DNA of 64,000 nt. Source: a virus. The notes under the pieces were generated by a model. The model had not been told where the DNA came from and did not search any database. It was given only the letters and a program-made list of their open reading frames with translations. Within the stretch, counting starts at the first letter, position 1; each line of letters opens with the position of its first letter. The position numbers and the translations under genes were made by a program. This document shows, piece by piece, positions 22,909 through 32,608 of the stretch. The DNA is taken from positions 1 to 64,000 of IMG/VR virus record IMGVR_UViG_3300029258_001212, one strand, 5' to 3'.

Positions 22909-24633
22909 ATGAACATCCTCGAGGACATTCGCTCCGCGGCCGGTCTCACCGAGTCCAAGCGCAAGCGCCGATTCGGAGACCTACAGCGGGACGCGAGCAA
23001 CGTGGCGGCCCTGCAAACCAAGCTGGCGCAGCTCAAGTCCAAGACGGGCGTGGACACCTCGAGCCGGGCGTTCAAGGCCGGCGTGGCCACGGCCAAGGTG
23101 GACATGCGGCGAGGCGGCGCCAAGCTCGCAGTCCAGGTGCCACAGAAGTCCGACAACAAGGACTGGCGTGATGGCTACCTGTCCGCGCTACCCCTCGAGG
23201 TGGCCATCCAGGCCAGGCGGCGCCTCGGGGAGTCCACCGAGCTCGAGGAGGCCAAGGCCAGGCGGTACACGGGTGACCTACAGGCGGCTTACAGCCGGCT
23301 CAAGCGGCACGCCCACATGCCCCCTCTGGTTATCCAGAAGTACGGCGGCAAGCTCTCTGGTGCTCCCATGTTCGGGCTCCAGGACAAGCAAGGCGAATGG
23401 GTGAGCGACGGGCGCACCAAGGTGCTGTTCAATGACCGCAAGGACGCGGAGCGTTTCCATGTCAGGGCCAACTCGCTGGCCATGCAGGCGTATGCTCCAC
23501 GCGAGTCCACCGAGCTCGAGGAGTCCAAAGGTGCCGACTTCGGTGAGAAGCTCAAGGAGAAGCTCAAGGGCACCGGTTCCTGGAAGTACCAGGACACCGC
23601 CGGCCCGATGAGCTACGCCCTCAAGTGCGACGACGTGGGCAACAAGGGCGACGAGGTGCGCCGCAAGGTCAAGCGGTTCCTCCTGAGCCAGGGCTTCAAG
23701 CTCGCCAAGACGACTGGCAAGCCGGACGGTTTCGAGTGGGGTGAGCCCTACCGTCAGATCTACAAGCGGGACCGGGACGAGGTGAGCATCGAATCGTCCA
23801 CCCCGTTCAAGGGGATTCGGATCATCTACTCTCGGAATACTCAACTCCGTGGGCCCGAAGGCCCCGGCAAGCCCCGCGCCCCCAGGCGCGAGTTCACCGG
23901 CCAAGGGGCACTGTTCGGGGAAAGCCGGCCCCTGGTGGAACCGGACGTGGCGTTCGCCATGGCGCTGGCCAAGGCGATCAAGCGGTACGGCCGGTTCAAG
24001 GTGGAGCCGGGCAAGGGCGGCCAAGGCATGGTGCTGTCCAAGGACGAGGTGGGGCGCCCCCACGAGTGCCGGAAGGCCATCATCGACTGGCTCAAGCGCA
24101 AGGGGTTCACCGAGGCGGCGTTCAAGCCGGGCGGCTGGGAGCATCGCAACCGGTGGATCTACCGCAAGGGCAATGCCCAGGTGGAGATCGCTCACCAGGC
24201 CATCTACGATTCCATGACGGTCACCATCAGCCCCGGGGCCGGCGGCTCCGAGGCCCGGCGGCCGGACCCGATCCAGACCGGCATGTTCGGAGAGTCCACC
24301 ACGAACCGGCTCGAGCGGCTCCTCGAGGCCGTCAAGCTGCACCTCCCCTCGGGGGCAGCCCACCAGATCAAAACCAACCCCCTCGAGTACATCACCACGG
24401 CGGCCATGGACGCCCAGGTGGACCTGCGTGGCGCGGACTCCCTGGCGGACCTACTCGGACGCATGGACCCCCCGCCCCCGCGGGCGGCGATGATCGATGC
24501 TCGGAACGCAGCCGAGCTGGTGGGCAAGGCCCGCGCGGGCGCATGGCGCGCGAAAGGGCTCCTCAAGGACCTGGTGCGCCAGCTCCAGAGCCGGCCATCA
24601 GCCCGGGCCATGGCCCTCGAGGACAGCGAGTAG
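22909..24633 (+). CDS. Putative cargo polyprotein (~5 modules)
   Basis: MNILEDIRSAAGLTE|S; internal linkers ESTELEE|A, ESTELEE|S, LFGESRPLVE, MFGESTTNRLERLLE|A. Confidence 0.75.
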   Translation: MNILEDIRSAAGLTESKRKRRFGDLQRDASNVAALQTKLAQLKSKTGVDTSSRAFKAGVATAKVDMRRGGAKLAVQVPQKSDNKDWRDGYLSALPLEVAIQARRRLGESTELEEAKARRYTGDLQAAYSRLKRHAHMPPLVIQKYGGKLSGAPMFGLQDKQGEWVSDGRTKVLFNDRKDAERFHVRANSLAMQAYAPRESTELEESKGADFGEKLKEKLKGTGSWKYQDTAGPMSYALKCDDVGNKGDEVRRKVKRFLLSQGFKLAKTTGKPDGFEWGEPYRQIYKRDRDEVSIESSTPFKGIRIIYSRNTQLRGPEGPGKPRAPRREFTGQGALFGESRPLVEPDVAFAMALAKAIKRYGRFKVEPGKGGQGMVLSKDEVGRPHECRKAIIDWLKRKGFTEAAFKPGGWEHRNRWIYRKGNAQVEIAHQAIYDSMTVTISPGAGGSEARRPDPIQTGMFGESTTNRLERLLEAVKLHLPSGAAHQIKTNPLEYITTAAMDAQVDLRGADSLADLLGRMDPPPPRAAMIDARNAAELVGKARAGAWRAKGLLKDLVRQLQSRPSARAMALEDSE

Positions 24634-24634
24634 C

Positions 24635-25870
24635 ATGAACAAGGCCGTCTACAAACAGCGATACCCGTTAATACTCCTCGAGGAGCTTGCAGAGCTGATG
24701 GAGGGGCTTGGCGGGCCAGACCCGCAAGACATGATGAAGTCCCTCAACTCCCTGGCGAAGTACAACGGGGGCAAATTCAAGTCCCCGGCCCAGGCAAAAT
24801 TTCTCTACCGCAAGCTCCAGGACCGATGGTTCAAACCGAATTCACTGGTGAAGCAGTGGGCCCGGCCGTACCTCAAGGGCCCAAACGACATGGCCGTCAT
24901 GGTGACGGACAGGATCCAAGGCTTTGGCACACGGACGGCAAGCAAGGTCCGCTATTACGGCTTTGCCTTCGTGGTGGACGGCGGAGGCGTGGTGGCCCGG
25001 GCCAAGCTCAAGGTGCGTGCCGGCCGGGGCAAGGAGGCGGACTCGCATCACGGCGGCGAGGTGATCGGTGTTACCCAGACCACCTTCGAGCGCGATGGTG
25101 ATGCGCCTACCCTGTACGATGCCCACGGTGAGCGGAAGGCCAAGGAGGCGCGAGCTCAAAAGAACGCTCCGCTGATTTCCAAGATCCAAGCGATTTCCAC
25201 CTACCAGGACGATGACTTCCTCCAGAGCATCGTGGCGCAGCTCCAGACTGGAGCCACGTTGTCCCCCGGCCAGGAGCGTGTGCTCGCGCAAAAGATGCCC
25301 TATCAGATGAGCTCCAGGGACAAGTACAAGGAGCTCTGGGCAGAGAGTGAAAAGATCCTGGCTCGCATCGCCAAGGAGGTAGCGCAAGGCATGGCTGTGG
25401 TGGCCAAGTCTGACAGCGTGCCCAAGCGGGACAAGGAATCCTCGCAGGTCTACGGGCAGGGCATCCTGGATGGGTGGAGGCTATTCAAAAAGCGGCCCAC
25501 CAAGACGGGGGAGATCGGTGAGACGAGCTCCCTGTCCGGGTTTGTAGGTGATCTGGCTGGATGGGATGAGCAGAAGCAAGGAAGGGCAGGCGGAGGGTAT
25601 TGGACCCTGGCCTATCTTGGGGCGCTTTTTCACCTGGCAACCAAGGGATCAAAGGCGCCAAAGTGGGCCACGAAAATGGCCCGCGGCGGGGAAATGCTGG
25701 CCAAGGAGCTCAAGAAGATCCCGGCCGGCGCCGCCAAACGCGATTACGTGAGCTTCTACTCAGGGGCAGATGACGATCCGTTCGCTGAATTCGAGGACGA
25801 TGATCAGCACCACGTAGGGCAAGGCGTGGACCATGATCGCCTGGTGTCCAAGGTGCTCAACAGGGACTGA
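24635..25870 (+). CDS. Putative cargo protein
   Basis: LLEELAELME|G leader, Lys-rich body. Confidence 0.7.
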   Translation: MNKAVYKQRYPLILLEELAELMEGLGGPDPQDMMKSLNSLAKYNGGKFKSPAQAKFLYRKLQDRWFKPNSLVKQWARPYLKGPNDMAVMVTDRIQGFGTRTASKVRYYGFAFVVDGGGVVARAKLKVRAGRGKEADSHHGGEVIGVTQTTFERDGDAPTLYDAHGERKAKEARAQKNAPLISKIQAISTYQDDDFLQSIVAQLQTGATLSPGQERVLAQKMPYQMSSRDKYKELWAESEKILARIAKEVAQGMAVVAKSDSVPKRDKESSQVYGQGILDGWRLFKKRPTKTGEIGETSSLSGFVGDLAGWDEQKQGRAGGGYWTLAYLGALFHLATKGSKAPKWATKMARGGEMLAKELKKIPAGAAKRDYVSFYSGADDDPFAEFEDDDQHHVGQGVDHDRLVSKVLNRD

Positions 25871-25873
25871 GCC

Positions 25874-27217
25874 ATGAAGCAACTTCTCGAGGAGCTCGCA
25901 GAGCTAGTGGAGGCGGCCAACGGGCTCATGAAGTACACCGGCCCCACGTGGGACGTGCAGCGCGCAGCGCGGGAGCTCCAGCGGTTCGATTTCATCGCCT
26001 CCTTCGTGGCTCGGATGACCAGGCGCAAGGCGGGCCGCGCCACCGTCAATGGGATGCAGGTGAAGCGGGTGAAGGGCAAGTGGGTCTACGGCTTCCCTCC
26101 CGAGCTGTGGAATCCCCCCGCCCGGGACGCGGCGGCCCTCTATGACACCATCCGGCGCAGCCCTCTCAACTACTACGTGCGCCAGGCAGAGGATCTCCGG
26201 GACGAGCTCCTGAGCGAGGGGCACCTGGTGGAGGCGCGCATCCGTCTCAACAAGACGGAGCAGAAGATCATGAAGCAGCTCCTGAACCCTGCCAGGGGCT
26301 ACTACACGGCGGAGGCGTGGTCTTACAATGGGCCACGGTCTGCCCACGGAACACGAGGTGGCAGCCGGGATTACAACGCTTGCAAGTCCTTGGTGGATAA
26401 AGGGCTGGCCGTTCTCAGGAGCGCGGACGGCTATCGCGTGCCCAGAGAACCAGGGTACATGGCGCACGTTCAAAGCATTGCGATTGAGCTCGCCCCTGGT
26501 GCCAAGGAGCTCCTGGGCGAAGCGAGCCAGATCGGTCTCGACTTCGCGGCCAGGACGAGCAAGCGCAAGCCGGCGAAACCCCGGCGCACCCGCGGGAAAG
26601 GCGGCCTGGACCCGGACACCATCGTCAAGATCTTGGACGTGGTGGACACTCGTGAGTACGAAGAGATCGATGACCGCTGGGTGCCGATCAAAGGCTCGGG
26701 CACCGAGAGCTGGTGCGCCAGGTGCGGGCGCCCCCACGAAGTCCACGCCACCGTGGAGCTCGCGGACAAGCGCACGGCCGTGGTGGGAACGAGCTGCATG
26801 AAGGGCAGCTCCCTGGAGCGCGAAGCCAAGGCAGGGGCCAGCGCGGCGAAGACCATCGCCAAGTGGGAGCGCGAGCTCGCGGTCAAGCGGGAACAGGCCA
26901 AGAAGTACGCCACGATCAAGGCCCAGGTGGACAAGATGCGCCCCCCGCCTGTGGAGGTGAAGCCCTCCGGCGGGAAGTACGGCACCAACTGGAAGGTGGT
27001 CTGCGGAGACGCCTACGTGTACTCGCGCCAGCGCACCCCAGAGGACGCCCTCAAGGATGGGAAGTTCGGGGTGGAGCGGGAGTGGAGGCGAGGCCGGATG
27101 AACGAGCGCGGAGCGACCCTGAAAATGGCGGCTGCCAAGGAGTGGGTGGACGTGCTCGAGCGCAAGCTCAAGGCCAAGAAAAAGGCCCTCGAGGCCCTCT
27201 TGGCCAAGCGCGCCTGA
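25874..27217 (+). CDS. Putative cargo polyprotein (wHTH-like and Zn-finger modules)
   Basis: MKQLLEELAELVE|A; DELLSEGHLVE|A; ELLGE|A; CARCGR...VGTSC. Confidence 0.7.
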   Translation: MKQLLEELAELVEAANGLMKYTGPTWDVQRAARELQRFDFIASFVARMTRRKAGRATVNGMQVKRVKGKWVYGFPPELWNPPARDAAALYDTIRRSPLNYYVRQAEDLRDELLSEGHLVEARIRLNKTEQKIMKQLLNPARGYYTAEAWSYNGPRSAHGTRGGSRDYNACKSLVDKGLAVLRSADGYRVPREPGYMAHVQSIAIELAPGAKELLGEASQIGLDFAARTSKRKPAKPRRTRGKGGLDPDTIVKILDVVDTREYEEIDDRWVPIKGSGTESWCARCGRPHEVHATVELADKRTAVVGTSCMKGSSLEREAKAGASAAKTIAKWERELAVKREQAKKYATIKAQVDKMRPPPVEVKPSGGKYGTNWKVVCGDAYVYSRQRTPEDALKDGKFGVEREWRRGRMNERGATLKMAAAKEWVDVLERKLKAKKKALEALLAKRA

Positions 27218-27398
27218 TCCCTACTTCCGGTTTTGGCGACCCGATTGAGGGTTTCATCACACGCCGAAAATCAGGCGTAACTTACTGAAAAGCACTGGAA
27301 AAACCACTGCGGCGTGGCCGGAGGTGGTGAAAATCGGCCGAAAATTATTCCGGGCCGGTCCCCGGGTGGGCTACCCTGGTCTGCACCGGAGGTGAATC

Positions 27399-27872
27399 AT
27401 GAACCGGACCCTGACCCTCATCCTGGTGGCGCTCCTGGCCATCGCCTGGCTCCTTACTGGCGGCGGCTGCAAGCGGTGTGACGTGTTCGGAGGCACCCAG
27501 GAATCCAAGGACAAACCCTACCGCGGGGACCCGGCCCAGGCGAAACCCCACCAAACCGTGGTCAAGAAGCTGTGGATCTTGCCCGGCCAGTGCGACAACA
27601 CCGGCTGCACCTACTTCGTGACCGTGACCGTCTGGCTCCACAACCCCACGGCCAAGGCCGTCACCGGGGACGTGACGTGCCACCTGAAGTTCGATGGCGG
27701 CAGCCACACGGACGGGGACACCACCGTGAGCTCGGAGTACACGGCTTCCACCAACTCCCGAAAGGGGGTGACCGTCAAGCCGGGGAGCTCCAAGGAAGTC
27801 AAGATCCAGCACAACGTCTCGGCCTCGAGGCCCACCGAGCTGGTGCCCGACTGCAACACCGTGTTCCGATGA
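27399..27872 (+). CDS. Exported/lipoprotein-like beta-rich protein
   Basis: Hydrophobic N-terminus ending LTGGGC. Confidence 0.6.
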   Translation: MNRTLTLILVALLAIAWLLTGGGCKRCDVFGGTQESKDKPYRGDPAQAKPHQTVVKKLWILPGQCDNTGCTYFVTVTVWLHNPTAKAVTGDVTCHLKFDGGSHTDGDTTVSSEYTASTNSRKGVTVKPGSSKEVKIQHNVSASRPTELVPDCNTVFR

Positions 27873-28462
27873 AGCGCCTCACCATGCTCCTGGCCGGGGC
27901 CGCGGTGGCCCTGGCGGCGTGCGGCTGCCCGAAGCTGGTCAAGCCCTACAGCGCCTTCCTGTCCAGCCCCACCAGCCACAAGATGCCCCCGTGCAAACAG
28001 TGGCGCGCCACCCCCAAGGGCACCCCCATCTGGACCCCCGCGGACCAGGACACCGAGGCGTTCCGGGCCCGGGTGGACACCCTGGTGGACCGCCTCGAGG
28101 CGTGCCTGGTGGCGGCCGGGGAGCTCAAGGAGATCCGACGCCGGAGCTTCGCCGTCATGGTGCCCTCTGACTGGTACGTGTCCAAGTGCTCCGGGGAGCA
28201 ACTCATCCCCTCGCTCGCCAGGTGTGAGCTCTGCCGGGCCAAGGGGCTCGAGATCAAGGACGAGTGCTGTGGGCTTCGCACGCCTACGCCCGCGTGCCCG
28301 TGCGTGTGTAACTTCCGGGCGACGGTCCAGTGGGGACGCATCGTGGTGACAGCTCCGAACCTCAAGCTGTTCAAGGCCGAGCTCGCCAGGATGGTGCTCT
28401 ACCCGAAGCACAACAACCCCTGGGTCACGCCGGCCGTTGCCGCGTGCGTGCGCCCCGAGTAG
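27869..28462 (+). CDS. Cys-rich putative lipoprotein
   Basis: MKRLTMLLAGAAVALAAC lipobox. Confidence 0.65.
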   Translation: MKRLTMLLAGAAVALAACGCPKLVKPYSAFLSSPTSHKMPPCKQWRATPKGTPIWTPADQDTEAFRARVDTLVDRLEACLVAAGELKEIRRRSFAVMVPSDWYVSKCSGEQLIPSLARCELCRAKGLEIKDECCGLRTPTPACPCVCNFRATVQWGRIVVTAPNLKLFKAELARMVLYPKHNNPWVTPAVAACVRPE

Positions 28463-28485
28463 AATCGGGGGCACAGGAGGAACCC

Positions 28486-28779
28486 ATGCCAGAAGAGACC
28501 GATCCTATTGTCGCAGCGAGAGCCCTACTCGGTGAGCCGGACGAGGCCACCCCGGGCGTCACCAGCATAGCGGACAAGACGATGGCCCAGCGCGAGCAAT
28601 GGATGATCGGGCGCCAGGCGGCCAAGGAGGCAATGCGCCAGGCGGTGCGCCCGGACGGCAACCCCGACGACGTGCTGGCGCTTCCCGCGGAGGGATGTGA
28701 CCAGGACTGGCTCGAGGGATACCTGAGCGTCCTGCCAATCTCCGCCGGTGAGCAGATCACCGAGCGCCTCAATTCCTGA
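28486..28779 (+). CDS. Small acidic protein paralogous to module 1 of 22909-24633
   Basis: DWLEGYLSVLP vs DWRDGYLSALP; RBS AGGAGG. Confidence 0.65.
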   Translation: MPEETDPIVAARALLGEPDEATPGVTSIADKTMAQREQWMIGRQAAKEAMRQAVRPDGNPDDVLALPAEGCDQDWLEGYLSVLPISAGEQITERLNS

Positions 28780-28907
28780 TGCCATGGTGGGGATGGCTTC
28801 TCGCAGGGACGGCCACCGTGGCTGTGGTGGGCGCCATGGTATGGCTCCTGTGGGCCGGCGCCAGGCGCGCCATGGCTCGCATCGGAAGCAGCTTCAAGCG
28901 CCGCTAG
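28779..28907 (+). CDS. 42-aa single-TM membrane protein (not in ORF track)
   Basis: TGATG coupling; MPWWGWLLAGTATVAVVGAMVWLLWAGARRAMARIGSSFKRR. Confidence 0.6.
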   Translation: MPWWGWLLAGTATVAVVGAMVWLLWAGARRAMARIGSSFKRR

Positions 28908-28914
28908 CCCATCG

Positions 28915-28985
28915 GACACCCTCTTGACTCTTACTCTCCAAAGGGAGAGATAAGGTTAATTAAGAAGAAGCAACAGGCGTGCCAA
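28915..28985 (-). repeat. Conserved ~70 bp element copy 2 (reverse orientation)
   Basis: Reverse complement TTGGCACGCCTGTTGCTTCTTCTTAATTAACCTTATCTCTCCCTTTGGAGAGTAAGAGTCAAGAGGGTGTCC. Confidence 0.9.
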
Positions 28986-29076
28986 AACCGGGGGGGTCCA
29001 AAAATCCGCGTGACTTGTCAGGTGTCCGCCATGTAGGATATGCAGGACACTATGCAGAACACACCAGGAGGCGACA

Positions 29077-29448
29077 ATGCCCACCGAGACCGGAAGAGAC
29101 CTGATCGAATCCATCCGCTCCCAGCTCGGACTCGAGCCCGAGGAGACCAATGAGCCCGCGGAGGGCTTCGATGCCTGGCTCCAGGAGTACGAGCCCGAGA
29201 TGTTCGGGGAGGACGAGGAGCTCGAGGAGGGGCGCAACCCCACGCGGGACAAGTTGAGCAGCCTGGCCCTTCGGTCTAGCTTCGTTGCCACCCAGGCCCA
29301 GGCTTTGAGCAAGTGGGCGGAGGAGTACATGCGGAAGGATCCGTCCCTGTACGCCGGCAAGGAAGCGGCCATCAAAAAGATGCTCAAGGCTGCCCAGGAT
29401 GCGTACAAGATCCTCGAGCCCGCCCTTGGCGAGCTCAAGCGCCGCTAG
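29077..29448 (+). CDS. Putative cargo protein with long acidic leader
   Basis: DLIESIRSQLGLE...EELEE|G. Confidence 0.7.
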   Translation: MPTETGRDLIESIRSQLGLEPEETNEPAEGFDAWLQEYEPEMFGEDEELEEGRNPTRDKLSSLALRSSFVATQAQALSKWAEEYMRKDPSLYAGKEAAIKKMLKAAQDAYKILEPALGELKRR

Positions 29449-29457
29449 GAGAACGCC

Positions 29458-30276
29458 ATGCCCCTCAAGCCCAAGGACAAGAAAGTCATTGCCGCGTTTG
29501 CGGACAAGAAGCCCCTCGAGGGCAAGCTCCTCACAAGTGACGGCAAGACCCTCGAGAAGCTCGGCATGGGCCGCCAGAAGATCGCCTGGTGGGAGGGCCA
29601 CTACGTCAAGGTGTTCCCCACCCTGCCCCACGTGAAGTCCGATGAGGTGATCCTCCGGGCGCTTCGCAGGGCCATTCCGAAAAACTGGCTCAAGGAAGGC
29701 TCCGAGAGTGGCATCGAAGAGAAGCTACGCAATCTCCTCGGTGAGCTCCGCGAGGGGCACGACGTGGAGATGGATCCAGCGGACGAGACCGAAGCCGTCC
29801 TGGACGAGGCCACGGCTGGCTCATTGCGTGCCAGGCGCGAAGCCATGATGGTGGACTTCCTCGAGGAGGCGGCGCGCCGGCTCCAGGGTCCGTTATCCAG
29901 TGCTGCGAAGCTCTCCCTGGCGAAGTACAAGTGGGGGGTGAAGGGGAAGATCCTCCGAGTGCGCGCGAGCGGGCGCTACGGTGGCAGCTACACCATGGCC
30001 GTGGAGCTCCAGTGGTGGGACCGTGAGCCGGTGCTCAAGTACCGTGCCACCGGGAAGACCATGAAGGGGAAAAGCATCTACACGACGGGCGAGCAAGCCA
30101 TGTCCGATGACAGCACCCCCGCGGACATTGCCGGGCAGATCGGCACCTTCGTGACCATCGTGGACACCGAGATGATCGAAGGCTACACCACCGGCGCCCT
30201 TCAGATGTACGGCGACAAGAAGACCGGCCGGGCGCCCAAGGACAGTTTTCAAATCCGCGGTGGCAAGTACCGGTAG
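29458..30276 (+). CDS. Putative cargo polyprotein
   Basis: Internal LKE|G...KLRNLLGELRE|G...VLDE|A linker between two basic modules. Confidence 0.7.
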   Translation: MPLKPKDKKVIAAFADKKPLEGKLLTSDGKTLEKLGMGRQKIAWWEGHYVKVFPTLPHVKSDEVILRALRRAIPKNWLKEGSESGIEEKLRNLLGELREGHDVEMDPADETEAVLDEATAGSLRARREAMMVDFLEEAARRLQGPLSSAAKLSLAKYKWGVKGKILRVRASGRYGGSYTMAVELQWWDREPVLKYRATGKTMKGKSIYTTGEQAMSDDSTPADIAGQIGTFVTIVDTEMIEGYTTGALQMYGDKKTGRAPKDSFQIRGGKYR

Positions 30277-30285
30277 GAGGACACC

Positions 30286-31308
30286 ATGAACACCGACAAG
30301 CTACGCAACCTCCTCGGTGAGCTCCGGAGTGGAGATCTCGAGGAAGGCATGGCCAAGTATTCCGCCTACTGGGTGAAGCAGCTCCCCACGGACCTGATGA
30401 CCCAGACCATGCGGACCATCACGGAGCTCGGCGGCGAGACGGATCGGTTCGGTGTGACGATGCGCGACGATGCGCCGATGACCACTGGGAAGATCCACAT
30501 CCATGAGGCCAGCCTGGCCTACCAGGTGCAGAAGAACCCGAACGCGAAGCTCCTCAAGGCGTTCATGCCCGAGCTCCGCAAGTGGGGGCTCAAGAAAACC
30601 GAATCCAAGGCCCGCGGCAAGCGCCGCGAGGTGCGATTCGAGGGGGCGAACAAGGAGCGCGTCAAGATCACTTTCGAGTACGAGCCCAAGCGCGAGTGGG
30701 GCTGGGTGAACGTGCAGAGCTACGATGCTCGCAGCCGGCTCACCGAGGACACTCTCGAGGAGCGTGCGCCCCTTCCGCGCCCCGGAGACCCCTTTGAGGC
30801 AGACGGGCAGACCTTCAAGATCGTCCGCGTCTATCCCACACGGGACTGGGCGCAAGGGCCGATTTCAGTGCGCCTATGGCGCCTCCTTTCGAGGAACGGC
30901 GCAGCGGCCATCGGGAAGCAGATCAAAGGCACCCAGGACAAGGGCCACTACCTCATCCTGTTCAACAAGCATGGCGACCTGGAGGGCCACCCCGTCTGGA
31001 TGAAGCCGGCCCAGGTGAAGCGTGCCATGAGGTATGAGTCCGTGGAGCTGGACAGCGAGCTCCTGGACGAGGCGAAGTACCCCACCACGGCGGCGGGAGA
31101 CCTACTCGAGAAGATGGCAAACCGGGTTATCCCCATGGTGGCCAGGAGTGTGGGCGCGGTGGATGATGTGCTCCCCTACTTGAGCGGCCAGAAGTCCAAG
31201 GAGATGGTGGCCAAAGCCAGGCAGGCGGCAACGCTGATCACCCAGGCGAACACCAAGCTCTACGAGGCACACGGGCTCCTGAACGAGATCAAGCGGGCAG
31301 GCAAGTAG
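30286..31308 (+). CDS. Putative cargo polyprotein (3 modules)
   Basis: KLRNLLGELRSGDLEE|G; LTEDTLEE|R; ESVELDSELLDE|A. Confidence 0.7.
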   Translation: MNTDKLRNLLGELRSGDLEEGMAKYSAYWVKQLPTDLMTQTMRTITELGGETDRFGVTMRDDAPMTTGKIHIHEASLAYQVQKNPNAKLLKAFMPELRKWGLKKTESKARGKRREVRFEGANKERVKITFEYEPKREWGWVNVQSYDARSRLTEDTLEERAPLPRPGDPFEADGQTFKIVRVYPTRDWAQGPISVRLWRLLSRNGAAAIGKQIKGTQDKGHYLILFNKHGDLEGHPVWMKPAQVKRAMRYESVELDSELLDEAKYPTTAAGDLLEKMANRVIPMVARSVGAVDDVLPYLSGQKSKEMVAKARQAATLITQANTKLYEAHGLLNEIKRAGK

Positions 31309-31317
31309 GAGAGCACC

Positions 31318-32244
31318 ATGAAACAGCGTTCGATCAAGGACAAGCTCAACAGCCTGCACGTATCCATTCAGCAAATGGAGACGGACCCGGACTACCGAAA
31401 GGGGCAGCCGGTAAGCGGGCGCATCGCCGGCAACTACGTGGACAACCTCCACGCTCACGTGCGCGAGCTCAAGGACGTGTCCAAGGAGGTTGGGCAGCTC
31501 GAGTGGGCGGCCGGGATGCTGGAAAAGGCGGCCAGCAAGGGCGATGTGTCCGCCCAGCACTTCGGCCAGGTGATCAAGATGCTCCGCGCCATCGAAAAAG
31601 GGATCAAGCGGGACGCGCGCAAGGTGCGCGAGGACACCGATGCTCTGGGCGAGCTCCTCGAGGGGCTCCAAGTGGAGGCCGGCCTGGTGGAAGCCAAGGC
31701 AGTCCGAGGCAAGGCGCAGAAGTTCGTGATGAAGGCTTTGCAGGACCTTGGCGGCGAGGCGGAGCTGACCAGCCTGGCTCGCCACCCCGGAGGACGCGGC
31801 ATTCACTTCGCCCAGATCATGAAGTCCGTGGAGGCCCTCGCCAAAGTCGGCCACGTGAGCTTCAATCCGCAAACCCAGATGATCAAGCTCCGCCAGGACG
31901 AGAGCATCACCGAGGCCCGAAAGGCCGTGAAGCGGTCCAAGTCCAGGGCCATCGTGGACGTGATGGACAAGGTGAAGGACTACCTTACCGGGGCCGGGTG
32001 GAAGCATCGCCAGATGGGCAACGCGGACACCTACACGCGCCGGGTGTCCGACAAGGAAAAGGCGATCAACTTCGTGACGGCGGCCCTCAAGGCCAACGGT
32101 CTGGTGGGCTACCACAACAAGGTGGAGCAAGACGGGCTCACCGAGTATCACTTCGAGCACCGGCGCTACCGCAAGCTGGTGGCCACGCTCGAGGACTGGC
32201 ACGACACCCCTGAGATGGTGCTGAGAGTACAGGACCTGGCGTAG
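31318..32244 (+). CDS. Putative cargo polyprotein (includes wHTH-like module)
   Basis: DALGELLEGLQVEAGLVE|AKA; ESITE|A. Confidence 0.7.
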   Translation: MKQRSIKDKLNSLHVSIQQMETDPDYRKGQPVSGRIAGNYVDNLHAHVRELKDVSKEVGQLEWAAGMLEKAASKGDVSAQHFGQVIKMLRAIEKGIKRDARKVREDTDALGELLEGLQVEAGLVEAKAVRGKAQKFVMKALQDLGGEAELTSLARHPGGRGIHFAQIMKSVEALAKVGHVSFNPQTQMIKLRQDESITEARKAVKRSKSRAIVDVMDKVKDYLTGAGWKHRQMGNADTYTRRVSDKEKAINFVTAALKANGLVGYHNKVEQDGLTEYHFEHRRYRKLVATLEDWHDTPEMVLRVQDLA

Positions 32245-32245
32245 C

Positions 32246-32608
32246 ATGAGCTGGTTTCTCGAGACATACCGCGAGCTCTCTGGCCTGATGGAGGCCACGG
32301 CGTTCCGCGGCCTGAGCAAGGCAGAGCTCAAGGAGCTCATGGCCGAGCTCAAGTCCAAGTTCGGTCCGCTCCGGGCCAAGTATTGGACCACACCGAAGCA
32401 CGCCACCGGACAGGTAACCCTGAAGCCCTACAGGCGGGACCAGGACGCCTGGGGCGAAGACCTGGACCGATGGGTGCGCCTGGTGGACCATCTCATCGCC
32501 TGGGGCGCATTCAGCCCCACGGTGAGCCTCGAGAAGCAACGCGGCGAGCCTGGCGTGTGGGGTAACCAGTTCCCCCTCGCTGGATTGACGTTCTATAGGA
32601 GAGCCTGA
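32246..32608 (+). CDS. Putative cargo protein
   Basis: MSWFLETYRELSGLME|A leader. Confidence 0.7.
   Translation: MSWFLETYRELSGLMEATAFRGLSKAELKELMAELKSKFGPLRAKYWTTPKHATGQVTLKPYRRDQDAWGEDLDRWVRLVDHLIAWGAFSPTVSLEKQRGEPGVWGNQFPLAGLTFYRRA

Noticed and set aside
28425-28919. Minus-strand ORF downstream of element copy 2
   Set aside because: Overlaps two better + strand genes; the ATG equivalent to that of copy 1 reads Met-Gly-stop
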